Below are positions 9,338 to 18,125 of a DNA stretch of 64,000 bases, piece by piece. Every line of letters starts with the position of its first letter. Within the stretch, counting starts at the first letter, position 1. Position numbers and translations under genes: made by a program. The notes below the pieces were generated by a model, which saw only the letters and a list, made by a program, of their open reading frames with translations, did no database searches and was not told the DNA's origin. Source of the DNA: Puniceicoccaceae bacterium (GTDB taxonomy: Bacteria; Verrucomicrobiota; Verrucomicrobiia; Opitutales; Oceanipulchritudinaceae); the NCBI GenBank assembly GCA_040830765.1, contig JBFOMH010000005.1, positions 375,780-439,779 on the forward strand, given 5' to 3'.

Positions 9338-9419
9338 TGGGGATTTACTAATCTAGTCCCCACTAATACTGCCGGTTTACAGCTGTAATTAGCATTGACC
9401 GCATAAGTATTCCTACTTA
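9338..9419 (+). promoter_or_regulatory. AT-rich promoter region of the giant-protein operon with three dyad elements
   Basis: TGGGGA-N13-TCCCCA (9338-9362), perfect palindrome TTACAGCTGTAA (9377-9388), TTGACC (9395-9400) and TAAGTA-TTCC-TACTTA (9404-9419). Confidence 0.5.
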
Positions 9420-9447
9420 CCCCTATTAGGGTCCTTTTCACAGGAAT

Positions 9448-10089
9448 ATGAGTAGAATACTTGTACTGATGGTTTCCTTTGGAGTCATGCTGGGCCACGG
9501 CATGGTCAATGCCGGAATATTGCAAAACGAGGACTTCTCATCGGGCCTGGAGGGATGGGATTCCCAGGGAGCGGTATTCGAGGGGATCGAGGAAGTAGCA
9601 TTAACCGATGAAAATGTTAAGCAATCTTTTCTTTACCAAGGAGTTACGTTAGATCCAGGCACCTATGAAGTAGCCATCAGTTTCCGCCAGATCCTTTCCC
9701 CGGCGGAACCCTTGGGATTCGCCAAAGACACTTTCTTCGCCTCGATTTACCTCAGCAACACACCCGAGCAGTTTGATCCCCAAGCCCCAGACGGATTTGA
9801 AGGAATCCTTGAGCTATTCAACTTTGATTCTGCCGGTCCCTTCGCATTTTCAGGCGAATTTATCCCAGATCCGGTAAGGCCAGACTACCTGAGTTACCGG
9901 CAAACTTTGTCCCTGACAGAGCCGAGTACCCTTTTCACTGTATTTGAGTTAACCGATCTGAATGGAATCAACGATAACAGCCTCGTTTTGGTGGATTCCG
10001 TGGTCGTTGTGATTCCCGAGCCACTGGCGGCGGTTCCATTCGGATTAGCCGTCCTGGCATTCCTGCTTATCCGGAGAAAGGTGCGCTGA
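9448..10089 (+). CDS. PEP-CTERM sorting-domain protein
   Basis: Signal peptide, jelly-roll-like body (LQNEDFSSGLEGW...VLVDSV), then C-terminal VIPEP + hydrophobic helix + RRKVR. Confidence 0.92.
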   Translation: MSRILVLMVSFGVMLGHGMVNAGILQNEDFSSGLEGWDSQGAVFEGIEEVALTDENVKQSFLYQGVTLDPGTYEVAISFRQILSPAEPLGFAKDTFFASIYLSNTPEQFDPQAPDGFEGILELFNFDSAGPFAFSGEFIPDPVRPDYLSYRQTLSLTEPSTLFTVFELTDLNGINDNSLVLVDSVVVVIPEPLAAVPFGLAVLAFLLIRRKVR

Positions 10090-13000
10090 TGCGATTGCGG
10101 CAGCTCAGGGTGATTGTTCTCTTGCTCACTTGTGGCTTCCTGACCGGGTCACTGGAAGGGCAACCGATACCCGTGGGTGACAGCGTTCAACTGGCCGTTG
10201 GCAACTCGCGTTCCAGCCTCGACCGGGCCTCCGGTATTATCGAAACCAGTTTTGATCTCACCCTGACAAACACCGGGGAAATCGATATTGAAGCGCCGCT
10301 GCACGTCGCCATGACCCTGAATGGGGACTACCTGCCTGGTACGGCGGGATTTATCGAGGCCATGGGGGGTGACGGCTCAGGACCTTACGGGACATGGTAT
10401 TTCGATCTTTCCCCGGAAATCGGGGCCGCGCTTGAGCAGGGACAATCCCTCGTCGTCCCGATTCGCTACTACAGGCCATCCGATATTAGTGTCTCCTACG
10501 GCATCGAAGTCTACGGGGTTGTCAACAGCATGCCGGAGCTGGCCGAGTTGCCTCAATTCCAAGGGGTTGTCGGAGAGCCACTGACACTAAGCGGTGTCTT
10601 CGTTACCGATCCAGACGGCGATCCATTGTTCTACAACTGGACGACCAGCACCGGGCAGTCTTCAACCGAACCGGCACCCACCTTCCAGTTTGACATACCG
10701 GGAATCCATGAAGTTGTCCTCGAGGTAAGCGATGATCGGGAAGGTCTGCTGACGACCCGTTTCACGGTGACCATACTCCCGTCAGGTGATAAGGCCAATG
10801 GGCGTACCCGCACTCTGGACGGAACCGGTCTGCCACTGGATTCAGTTACAGTCGAAGAATACTTTGCGGGAAGAGAACCAATCACTTACTTGTCCGATGA
10901 AGAATCAGGATTCACTTCCCTCGGTTCAACAAGTGGTTTCTACCTGTGGAAATTCAGCAAAGCGGGATATCTCTCCGTTTGGCGCGCAGGAGAACTGGTT
11001 TCCGGTAAGGTCACAGCAGTCCCTAATCCCTGGCTTAAGGAAGTCGAGTCGACGCCGCATTCCCTCTCCGTTCTCGGGGTAACGGAAATCACCGATGCCG
11101 GGGAATCCATCAGGCTAATCTTTCCTGAAGGCTCCTTTGAACAAACCGGGAATGCCTTTCTTACCCGACTCAACAGCCAGTCACTTCCCTATCCCCTTCC
11201 CGCTGGATGGAGTCCCTTGCAGGCCTTTCACTTCGCCTCGGATTCTCCTCCGATAACTTCCGGTTCCGTTGAGGCTACATTGATTGATGAAACACTGGCC
11301 GGCGAAACCGTTGTTCTCGTTTCCTTTGACGAGGGAAGCGCCGCCTGGATCACCGAATCCATTGCCTCGGGCACCGGTTCAAGTGTTTTCACGGGATCCA
11401 TTGAAGCCCCCGGTACCTATGCCGTGGTTGTGCCCGACAGCGGACCCAACGCGCCCTCGGAGGCTGTCCCAAGCGAGGCTCTTCCCTCCTCCCCGATGGT
11501 GGAGATCGATTCTAACCTTCTTACGGTCACGGGTGAGGTCGTGCCGGGTTCCGTCATTGCCTCGGTCATTCCCAGCGAGGTCACGGTCAGCGGTCAACTA
11601 TCCGTCAACGCGGATTCGCTTCCAACGAGCGGATTCTGGCTATCCGGTCGTATTGACGAAGTCTATACATTGCTGGACGGCCGGGACATCCGGACACCGG
11701 ACTATGATTCGACCCTTTTCAGTTATTCCCGTCCAGCGGGAGTTGAAGGCGGCATGTCTATTCAGCTTCCCTTGCGGCCCCAGTTGCTCTTTCCCCCTGA
11801 GGACCTGTTTGAAGCCCGTATCCGGATGGATGTCTTTGGCTCCGTTCAAGCAGAGGGGACCATCCTCGATACGGAGGGCGGGATTCTGGCCCGCGATGGC
11901 GTCCGTATCGTCGCTCCGGCAGGTCTGCTTGGCCAGGCAACAACCGCGGAAATCCTCTCCTCACGCATCGAGTCCTTCATCAGCGTCGCCCCCAGGGCAA
12001 TCCCGGTAAAGGCCTTTCAAGTCAACCTTTCCGGATTGGATGGAACCCAGGCATTGGAGATCAGCTTTGAACCCCTCAGCCCAAATGTGGAATATGTCCT
12101 CGCCCGCCTTGTCATCGGTGGGGGTGACTTTGGCCTGCAACCGGTGGAGCGCTTCTCCAGTGATGAGAACGGCATCCTGGCAAGTTCCGAACCAGTCTCC
12201 GGGCCCCGACTTCCCGGACTTGTCAGGGCTGGCCAATATGTCCTCCTTCAGGTCCCCGAGGCCCTCGGCTTGATTGAGGGGATTGTCTCCGGGAATGAGA
12301 GCCAGCCCCTTGAGGGAGTCTCCATCCGGGTGGATAACACCCCGTGGGGCGGTGTCACCGGGCCCGGCGGCACCTACCAGATGCTGTCCCCGGCGGGCGG
12401 ATTTACTCTCTTCGCCTACGATCCTCAAACCGGGGAGGAGGGCCGCGCTGACGGAGAGCTGGCTAATCCCACAGACTCCCTGCAACTTGACTTTACCGCT
12501 GCCCTTGTCGGGCCACGGGTGGCCTCGGTTTCCCCCACAGACAACGCCTCCGAGGTATCCGAGGTCGCCCCGGTCGTCCTTCGCTTCAGCAAGGCCCTCG
12601 ATCCGGCCAGCTTTGGGCCCGCGGCCGTTTCTGTCCTGACAGTCGATGGCGGGGAACTTGTTTCCGGCTCGCTCGGCCTGAATCTCAACGCCACCGAGGC
12701 TACATTTCTCCCTGCCAATCCATTCGAACGCGATACTGCCTATCGTATCGTTTTGGCCGCTACAATCCGCGATCTCAACGGACTCCCGATTGAAGGTTCC
12801 CTGGAATTTTCCTTCACCACCCGTCCGCCTGAGGCCCGCGCCCTTGGCGCTCAGCTGGTCATTTACGAGCCCGGGGCTGCCATCATCCCGCCGGAGGTCC
12901 TTGACCAGCTGGTTGGCTACGAACCGGGCGGCTCACTTGTCGTCGCACATGGCTCCTCCGGCACCGCCGATCCCGAGGTCCCGGTTATTCTCGTCAACGA

Positions 13001-16000
13001 AACCACCGGGGAGACGGCTACCGTCCTTTCCAATCCGGATGGCAGCTTCGCCAACTTCATTTATGCCGACGAGGCGGATTTCATCAGCGCGGTCTTCGTC
13101 AATCAGAACGGTACCCGGATCACCGTCCCGGCGACCAAACAACTGTTCGACGACGGCCGGCAGGGACTTTACCGCTACGGCGGCATCCTCGAGGCCCAGA
13201 GTGATGGCGGACCCGTCCAGGTCCTTGTCGAACCGGAAGCAATCAACAACCGGTCGGTATTCAAGATGGAACCCCTCGGCGTCGATGAGCTCCTCGCCCT
13301 CACCGGCGGGGTTGAGCCGGTTGGAGAAGCTGAGCTCATCGGCGGGGTACGCATCTCAACCGAAGGCGATGAGTTGCAGCAATCGGCAAAGGTCCGTATC
13401 CCAGTCACCCTGCAGCAACTCGGTCTCACCCCCGAGGATGATCCCAATGATGGCTCCTTCGCCCTCACTGTTCCACGGGAAGTTGACGGGGTGCAGGTCT
13501 ATGAAATCATCGACAAGGTGGTCTACGAGAATGGCTACCTCACCACCACCTCCCCACCTTTCGCCGGCTACACGGCCGACGATACCCGCCAAGTCATGGC
13601 CATGGCCCGCATGTCCTTCGGCAATGCGGCCGTCATTGTCGGACGCGTCACCTCGGCCACCAATCCGGACGCACCCGCCTCCAGCGACCTCCGGGCCGTC
13701 CCTGGGGCTGTGGTCTTCAGTACAGAGACAGCTATTGTCGGGACACAGAACAAGGTCGTCGCCGGTGCATTCGTTGCCATTGCAGAGACAAGCGGCCGAT
13801 TCAGCCTGATTGTACCAACATCGTCATTCTCACCTTCTGGAACAAATTCAGCCGTCACCCTTGCCGCTGGTAGTGGACGTTTCCCAAATCAGGTCGTGGC
13901 AGGATTCGCCACCTTGGTGGATCCCGAATCCGTCTCGATTCTCACAGCATCTGGTCTCATCTTCAAGCGCACCACTGCAAGCGGTTTCGTGGGGGACGAT
14001 CGCAGCCCACCCCAAGTCACTTTCAGCCAGAGCGTGTATGATCCGGATCCAGGTGAGTATTTCTCTTTTGAATTCCTGGCATCTGACGACAGGACGGTAC
14101 CCACCTTTACGGCATCAGTAGTCAATGCCATTCCCCTGAACAATGGTCCACAGGTCTTTCCGGCAGACATTACCTTTGATTTTGAAAGTAACGTCATCGT
14201 CGGAACTTCACGGCGCGTTCGATACCGGGTAAGGTGCACTAAACCCGCTTCCATCCTCATTTCCTTCACGGCAACGGACGGTTCAGGCAATGTTACAACC
14301 GGGTATGCCAGTCCAAACATCACCGCATCGGATGCTCCACCTCCTGTCGCTCCCGATCCGAATGATGTCGAGGGCCCGTTTGTCCTCAACTCTCGACCAA
14401 TAACTGGGGCCCAATTTGTCAGCCCCTTTGAACCGATCGAACTTCAATTCAGCGAGCCAATCGATCCGGCTTTCATTAATACTGCGGATCAGGTCTTTGT
14501 CCTCAGCCCGGATGCTGGCAAGCCCTACTTCAGTCAAAGTGAAGATGGGAAGACGATAACTTTCCAGTACCCGAAACTGAAACCGAATCAAGGTTACAGC
14601 TTCTACATCAATACCGGTCCATCCGGCTTCCTGCGCGATCCCGCCGGCAATCCCTTTGATCAGATTCCCGGCGGATTCCAGGATTTCTTCAGCCTCACAT
14701 TCACAACTGAACCTGTCTTGTTCGAAACGAATCTTGCCGTCGAACGAGGCGTTGGTGCGGCCGGTAACCGGGAGTGGGCCTTCCTTCTCGACCGCCGGGA
14801 CGGGATTAAACCAGGAATTGTCCATATCTACGGCCGGAATCCGGATGACTCCATCAATCTAGATTCCATCAAAATTGACCTCGGCCTGCCCTACCCCAGG
14901 GACTTGTTCCTGATAGAGGATTACGACTATTACATTCCAGAGACATCCATCTCGGACGACCTCCTCCTCGACAGGGATCTCCTTGTCGTCATTGGCGGTA
15001 GCGTTGCCGTCCCGGCTCTCAGTGGGACTATCTCGCAGACCGATATTCCCTGGCTTAAGGTATACGATGTTACCGACCCGACAAAGCCGGAAGAAGTGGC
15101 CTATATTCCCGTGCGTTCAGCGATTGGCAACGCCCTCGTGAAGATGGAGTGGTCCCCACCCTTGCTGGGCGTCATGGAGCTCGGGGCGGAAGGTGTGCAT
15201 ATCAACCTCCTCAACCTGCAGCTGTTGCTCTACAGCGAGAAACTGACGCCTTACCTGTTGACCTTCCAACCGGAAGCACCAGTGGCCGGGACGGATCTCA
15301 ATGCAGATGGAGATTATGCTGATGCCGGTGACGTTTTCCCAAAACCATCCAGCGTCCTGCCCCAACTCGGATGGATTAACAATGGCTTGGTTGGTAGCAT
15401 CAACCTTCCGGATGACGATAGCCGGCGGATTATGGACTTCTCCATGGTCCAGGGAGGTGCGCTCGTCGGGGCCGTCCTTCGGAGCACTCCCGGGACGCCT
15501 TATTATAAGACCCTGGTAAGCGGAGGAACCCCAACGGATCCCGGCCAAGGGGAGCTGGCCCTGGATGTGGATCCAAGGCGGATACTCATCGTTATGGGAG
15601 TTCCCGTCAGCCTCGGAGGAACGGATGTTCAAATCGTCAACCTCGCCTTTGTCACTAGAAGCGGACAGTCCAACTTAAGAGTCATAGACATCACCGATCC
15701 CGTGAACCCAACCCTCTTCGCAGATGTGGAGGTATCGGACACCGAATCGGAAACCCTCTTCACCCCCATGTTGGCACCGCCAGCACCCGATGGTTCCATC
15801 AGGATAGTCGTGGCTTCCGAGAGCAACCTGTACATAATCGATCCTACCAAGATCAAGCTTTCCACATCGGGAACAACCCGCCCCTACATCACCGGTTTCC
15901 TGCCTAATGGGGGCACTCCCACCCGACGATTCCTGACCGACGGAGCAGCATTCTATGCCGTGGCATCATGGGACCGGAATCGTATCGTCACCGACAAGCC

Positions 16001-17138
16001 GACGGATCCGGTATTCACCACCAGCAATCCGACTCTGATCGATACCAACAGCAAGAAGGTCGGTAACAACACGGTTATCATTGAGCGAAAGTCCAAGGAT
16101 AATCTATTGGAGATTGTCGCCAAGGACCCGACTGATATCAAAGGCAAGATTGATGTCAGCCCATCCGGAGTGCAATTGCCGGAAGATTATCCGTCCTGGT
16201 ACGCAGAGGACCATGTTGGCGCGGAAAAGGCCCAAACGGGATTAAACAGTCTTTACCGTTTTCCCGGGATCAGTAATCCCATCGAATCCACCCTGACAGC
16301 TGCAAACTCAGCCGTAACCCTCACGACAGTATTCAATTGGGTTCCTGAGTTTCACGATGTCGATGTCGATACCCATCTCCTCAAGCTCAACGTCTATCCT
16401 GCGGGCAGCCTTAAGTTCGGGGTTTCCCCGGATAAGATTACGGAACTCTACAACAAATTAAAGGCTGCCGAGAGCACTCTGAGGGCAGTCGGAACAGCGG
16501 CTAACCCGGGACCCTTTGCTTTCGATATAACCATTGAAAAACCCAAGGGTTCCTTCAGCGCCAGTTTGTCCTACGCTGAATGTGACAACACGAGCGATCC
16601 ATCGGCCCAGTTGCATCTGGTGTTCGTCAAGGTCGAGGCCGAGCCAAAGTTCGATCCCCTCTTCGGGGTCAAGGGCAAGTTCAGCATCAAGCCACCACTT
16701 CCAGGCATAATCACAAGTTTCCTCGGCAAGGCGGAGGTCTTTGTCGAAGCAGGGGGTTCCGTTTCCATTTCCGGAAAACTAGGATTGGATCAGTGCGGCT
16801 TCCCCATTATTGAAGCGCCAATTTCCGGAAAAGTAAGTCTCTCAATTGGAGCCTCCATTGCTGCTATTCCTGTCACTCCCAGTACACCGACACAATCCGG
16901 CACCCAGGAGTACCTGCTCTCCCTGACCGCAAAAGCCAGCGCGGAAGTGACGATAAACTTTAATCCAGCCTTGAGTCAGAGTTCCGGACTGCAGGCAACC
17001 TACAAGGCTGACTACAGTGGAGTAAAAGGAACCCTGGAGGCCAAGGCCATGTGGGGCAACCTGACATGGAAGAATGAAGTCACCTTCATTCAAGGTGGAA
17101 ACCTTATACCCGAAACAACAACCGTCCTGATTGATTAA
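10089..17138 (+). CDS. Giant secreted multidomain protein (2349 aa): PKD/Ig-like, carboxypeptidase-regulatory-like and SbsA/Big_5-like domains, LVIVD-like repeats, distinct beta-rich C-terminal domain
   Basis: ATG overlaps the upstream TGA. Signal peptide; TDPDGDPLFYNW...PGIHEVVLEVSD (PKD); PRVASVSPTDNASEV...VLRFSKALD and PFVLNSRP...IELQFSEPID (Big_5-like); LKVYDVTDPTKP and LRVIDITDPVNP (LVIVD-like). Confidence 0.9.
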   Translation: MRLRQLRVIVLLLTCGFLTGSLEGQPIPVGDSVQLAVGNSRSSLDRASGIIETSFDLTLTNTGEIDIEAPLHVAMTLNGDYLPGTAGFIEAMGGDGSGPYGTWYFDLSPEIGAALEQGQSLVVPIRYYRPSDISVSYGIEVYGVVNSMPELAELPQFQGVVGEPLTLSGVFVTDPDGDPLFYNWTTSTGQSSTEPAPTFQFDIPGIHEVVLEVSDDREGLLTTRFTVTILPSGDKANGRTRTLDGTGLPLDSVTVEEYFAGREPITYLSDEESGFTSLGSTSGFYLWKFSKAGYLSVWRAGELVSGKVTAVPNPWLKEVESTPHSLSVLGVTEITDAGESIRLIFPEGSFEQTGNAFLTRLNSQSLPYPLPAGWSPLQAFHFASDSPPITSGSVEATLIDETLAGETVVLVSFDEGSAAWITESIASGTGSSVFTGSIEAPGTYAVVVPDSGPNAPSEAVPSEALPSSPMVEIDSNLLTVTGEVVPGSVIASVIPSEVTVSGQLSVNADSLPTSGFWLSGRIDEVYTLLDGRDIRTPDYDSTLFSYSRPAGVEGGMSIQLPLRPQLLFPPEDLFEARIRMDVFGSVQAEGTILDTEGGILARDGVRIVAPAGLLGQATTAEILSSRIESFISVAPRAIPVKAFQVNLSGLDGTQALEISFEPLSPNVEYVLARLVIGGGDFGLQPVERFSSDENGILASSEPVSGPRLPGLVRAGQYVLLQVPEALGLIEGIVSGNESQPLEGVSIRVDNTPWGGVTGPGGTYQMLSPAGGFTLFAYDPQTGEEGRADGELANPTDSLQLDFTAALVGPRVASVSPTDNASEVSEVAPVVLRFSKALDPASFGPAAVSVLTVDGGELVSGSLGLNLNATEATFLPANPFERDTAYRIVLAATIRDLNGLPIEGSLEFSFTTRPPEARALGAQLVIYEPGAAIIPPEVLDQLVGYEPGGSLVVAHGSSGTADPEVPVILVNETTGETATVLSNPDGSFANFIYADEADFISAVFVNQNGTRITVPATKQLFDDGRQGLYRYGGILEAQSDGGPVQVLVEPEAINNRSVFKMEPLGVDELLALTGGVEPVGEAELIGGVRISTEGDELQQSAKVRIPVTLQQLGLTPEDDPNDGSFALTVPREVDGVQVYEIIDKVVYENGYLTTTSPPFAGYTADDTRQVMAMARMSFGNAAVIVGRVTSATNPDAPASSDLRAVPGAVVFSTETAIVGTQNKVVAGAFVAIAETSGRFSLIVPTSSFSPSGTNSAVTLAAGSGRFPNQVVAGFATLVDPESVSILTASGLIFKRTTASGFVGDDRSPPQVTFSQSVYDPDPGEYFSFEFLASDDRTVPTFTASVVNAIPLNNGPQVFPADITFDFESNVIVGTSRRVRYRVRCTKPASILISFTATDGSGNVTTGYASPNITASDAPPPVAPDPNDVEGPFVLNSRPITGAQFVSPFEPIELQFSEPIDPAFINTADQVFVLSPDAGKPYFSQSEDGKTITFQYPKLKPNQGYSFYINTGPSGFLRDPAGNPFDQIPGGFQDFFSLTFTTEPVLFETNLAVERGVGAAGNREWAFLLDRRDGIKPGIVHIYGRNPDDSINLDSIKIDLGLPYPRDLFLIEDYDYYIPETSISDDLLLDRDLLVVIGGSVAVPALSGTISQTDIPWLKVYDVTDPTKPEEVAYIPVRSAIGNALVKMEWSPPLLGVMELGAEGVHINLLNLQLLLYSEKLTPYLLTFQPEAPVAGTDLNADGDYADAGDVFPKPSSVLPQLGWINNGLVGSINLPDDDSRRIMDFSMVQGGALVGAVLRSTPGTPYYKTLVSGGTPTDPGQGELALDVDPRRILIVMGVPVSLGGTDVQIVNLAFVTRSGQSNLRVIDITDPVNPTLFADVEVSDTESETLFTPMLAPPAPDGSIRIVVASESNLYIIDPTKIKLSTSGTTRPYITGFLPNGGTPTRRFLTDGAAFYAVASWDRNRIVTDKPTDPVFTTSNPTLIDTNSKKVGNNTVIIERKSKDNLLEIVAKDPTDIKGKIDVSPSGVQLPEDYPSWYAEDHVGAEKAQTGLNSLYRFPGISNPIESTLTAANSAVTLTTVFNWVPEFHDVDVDTHLLKLNVYPAGSLKFGVSPDKITELYNKLKAAESTLRAVGTAANPGPFAFDITIEKPKGSFSASLSYAECDNTSDPSAQLHLVFVKVEAEPKFDPLFGVKGKFSIKPPLPGIITSFLGKAEVFVEAGGSVSISGKLGLDQCGFPIIEAPISGKVSLSIGASIAAIPVTPSTPTQSGTQEYLLSLTAKASAEVTINFNPALSQSSGLQATYKADYSGVKGTLEAKAMWGNLTWKNEVTFIQGGNLIPETTTVLID

Positions 17139-17144
17139 TTTAAA

Positions 17145-18107
17145 ATGAATGCACTTAAATATTCACTACTTATTGCATCGCTGGTCGCGATAGGAACACA
17201 ACAGACATCCGGCTCCTACCTTATCTCTACCAGTGCGCGCGAGCAGGCGGGCGAGATGCGCGTCAACGGCTTTCCTTTCAGTCTGTCCTCAGAAGAGGAA
17301 ATCGAGAACCGCTCAATTGTTGCGCTGCCTTATCTTCTCTCAGGAGGAAACCTCGTGGAACTGAGATTGGAGGAAGTCCGACCTGTTCCAGTCGACAGCG
17401 TGCCGTTTGTCTCACTGAGAATCGAAGAGGAAGTGGCGGAAAGTGAATTGGTAAAACTCGTTGATACGAGTCGTCAGGTTGACCGATTCGAGGATGTCGA
17501 CCTTGGGACAATCACTTACACTGAAATTTTCGAAACGGACTTCCCTGGAAAATATTCCCAGAGGCAGTCCATTGAGATTGCTGATGGGGCTAGCCTACTC
17601 GAACTGGATGCGGTTCAGGGAACAACCACCTACTCCGTCTCCGCCAGTTCCGAGGCCCGGGTTCAGCTGAGCATTAACCTCGATGCAGCTCGATTAACTT
17701 CGCTGCCATGGCTCCAGCCAGGTGGAATACTGGATAGTGCTGGGCAGGCTAATATACGCCAACTCATCACGGGGATTCATACTGCCTTGGTGAATCAGGA
17801 CATGGCCGGCTTGAAAACGGCCTTTCAGGCCAAAAACAACCGGCTTGCAGATGCCTTTGGCGTGACATTGGCCGACATCGAATCCTCCCAGGAGGGATTC
17901 TATTCCCAATTGTTTAGTTTATCAGGGTATTCAGTTCTCCCTCTTGATACGAACCAGCTGCGGTTCACATCCATTGCCGATGTGAACCTAGTTCATGTGA
18001 CGGGTCCCGATGGAGCACCGGCCGTTACGGTAGATAGCGATGAACTGACCTTCAGCTTGACCTTCTATTTCTCCGAGGTCGAGGGCCAATGGGTTTTTGT
18101 AGAATAG
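17145..18107 (+). CDS. Exported hypothetical protein, candidate immunity/partner of the upstream giant protein
   Basis: 320-aa ORF starting 6 bp after the upstream stop. Signal peptide, beta-sandwich N-half (GEMRVNGFP...PYLLSGGNLVEL) and alpha/beta C-half ending FYFSEVEGQWVFVE. The immunity role is inference. Confidence 0.8.
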   Translation: MNALKYSLLIASLVAIGTQQTSGSYLISTSAREQAGEMRVNGFPFSLSSEEEIENRSIVALPYLLSGGNLVELRLEEVRPVPVDSVPFVSLRIEEEVAESELVKLVDTSRQVDRFEDVDLGTITYTEIFETDFPGKYSQRQSIEIADGASLLELDAVQGTTTYSVSASSEARVQLSINLDAARLTSLPWLQPGGILDSAGQANIRQLITGIHTALVNQDMAGLKTAFQAKNNRLADAFGVTLADIESSQEGFYSQLFSLSGYSVLPLDTNQLRFTSIADVNLVHVTGPDGAPAVTVDSDELTFSLTFYFSEVEGQWVFVE

Positions 18108-18125
18108 ACAAAAACAACCGGAAGC

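Noticed and set aside
12790..13809. 339-aa same-strand alternative-frame ORF in the 2349-aa gene
   Set aside because: Its Ser/Pro/Arg-rich composition is typical of an off-frame reading of GC-rich codons. The main frame is intact, so no frameshift is needed.
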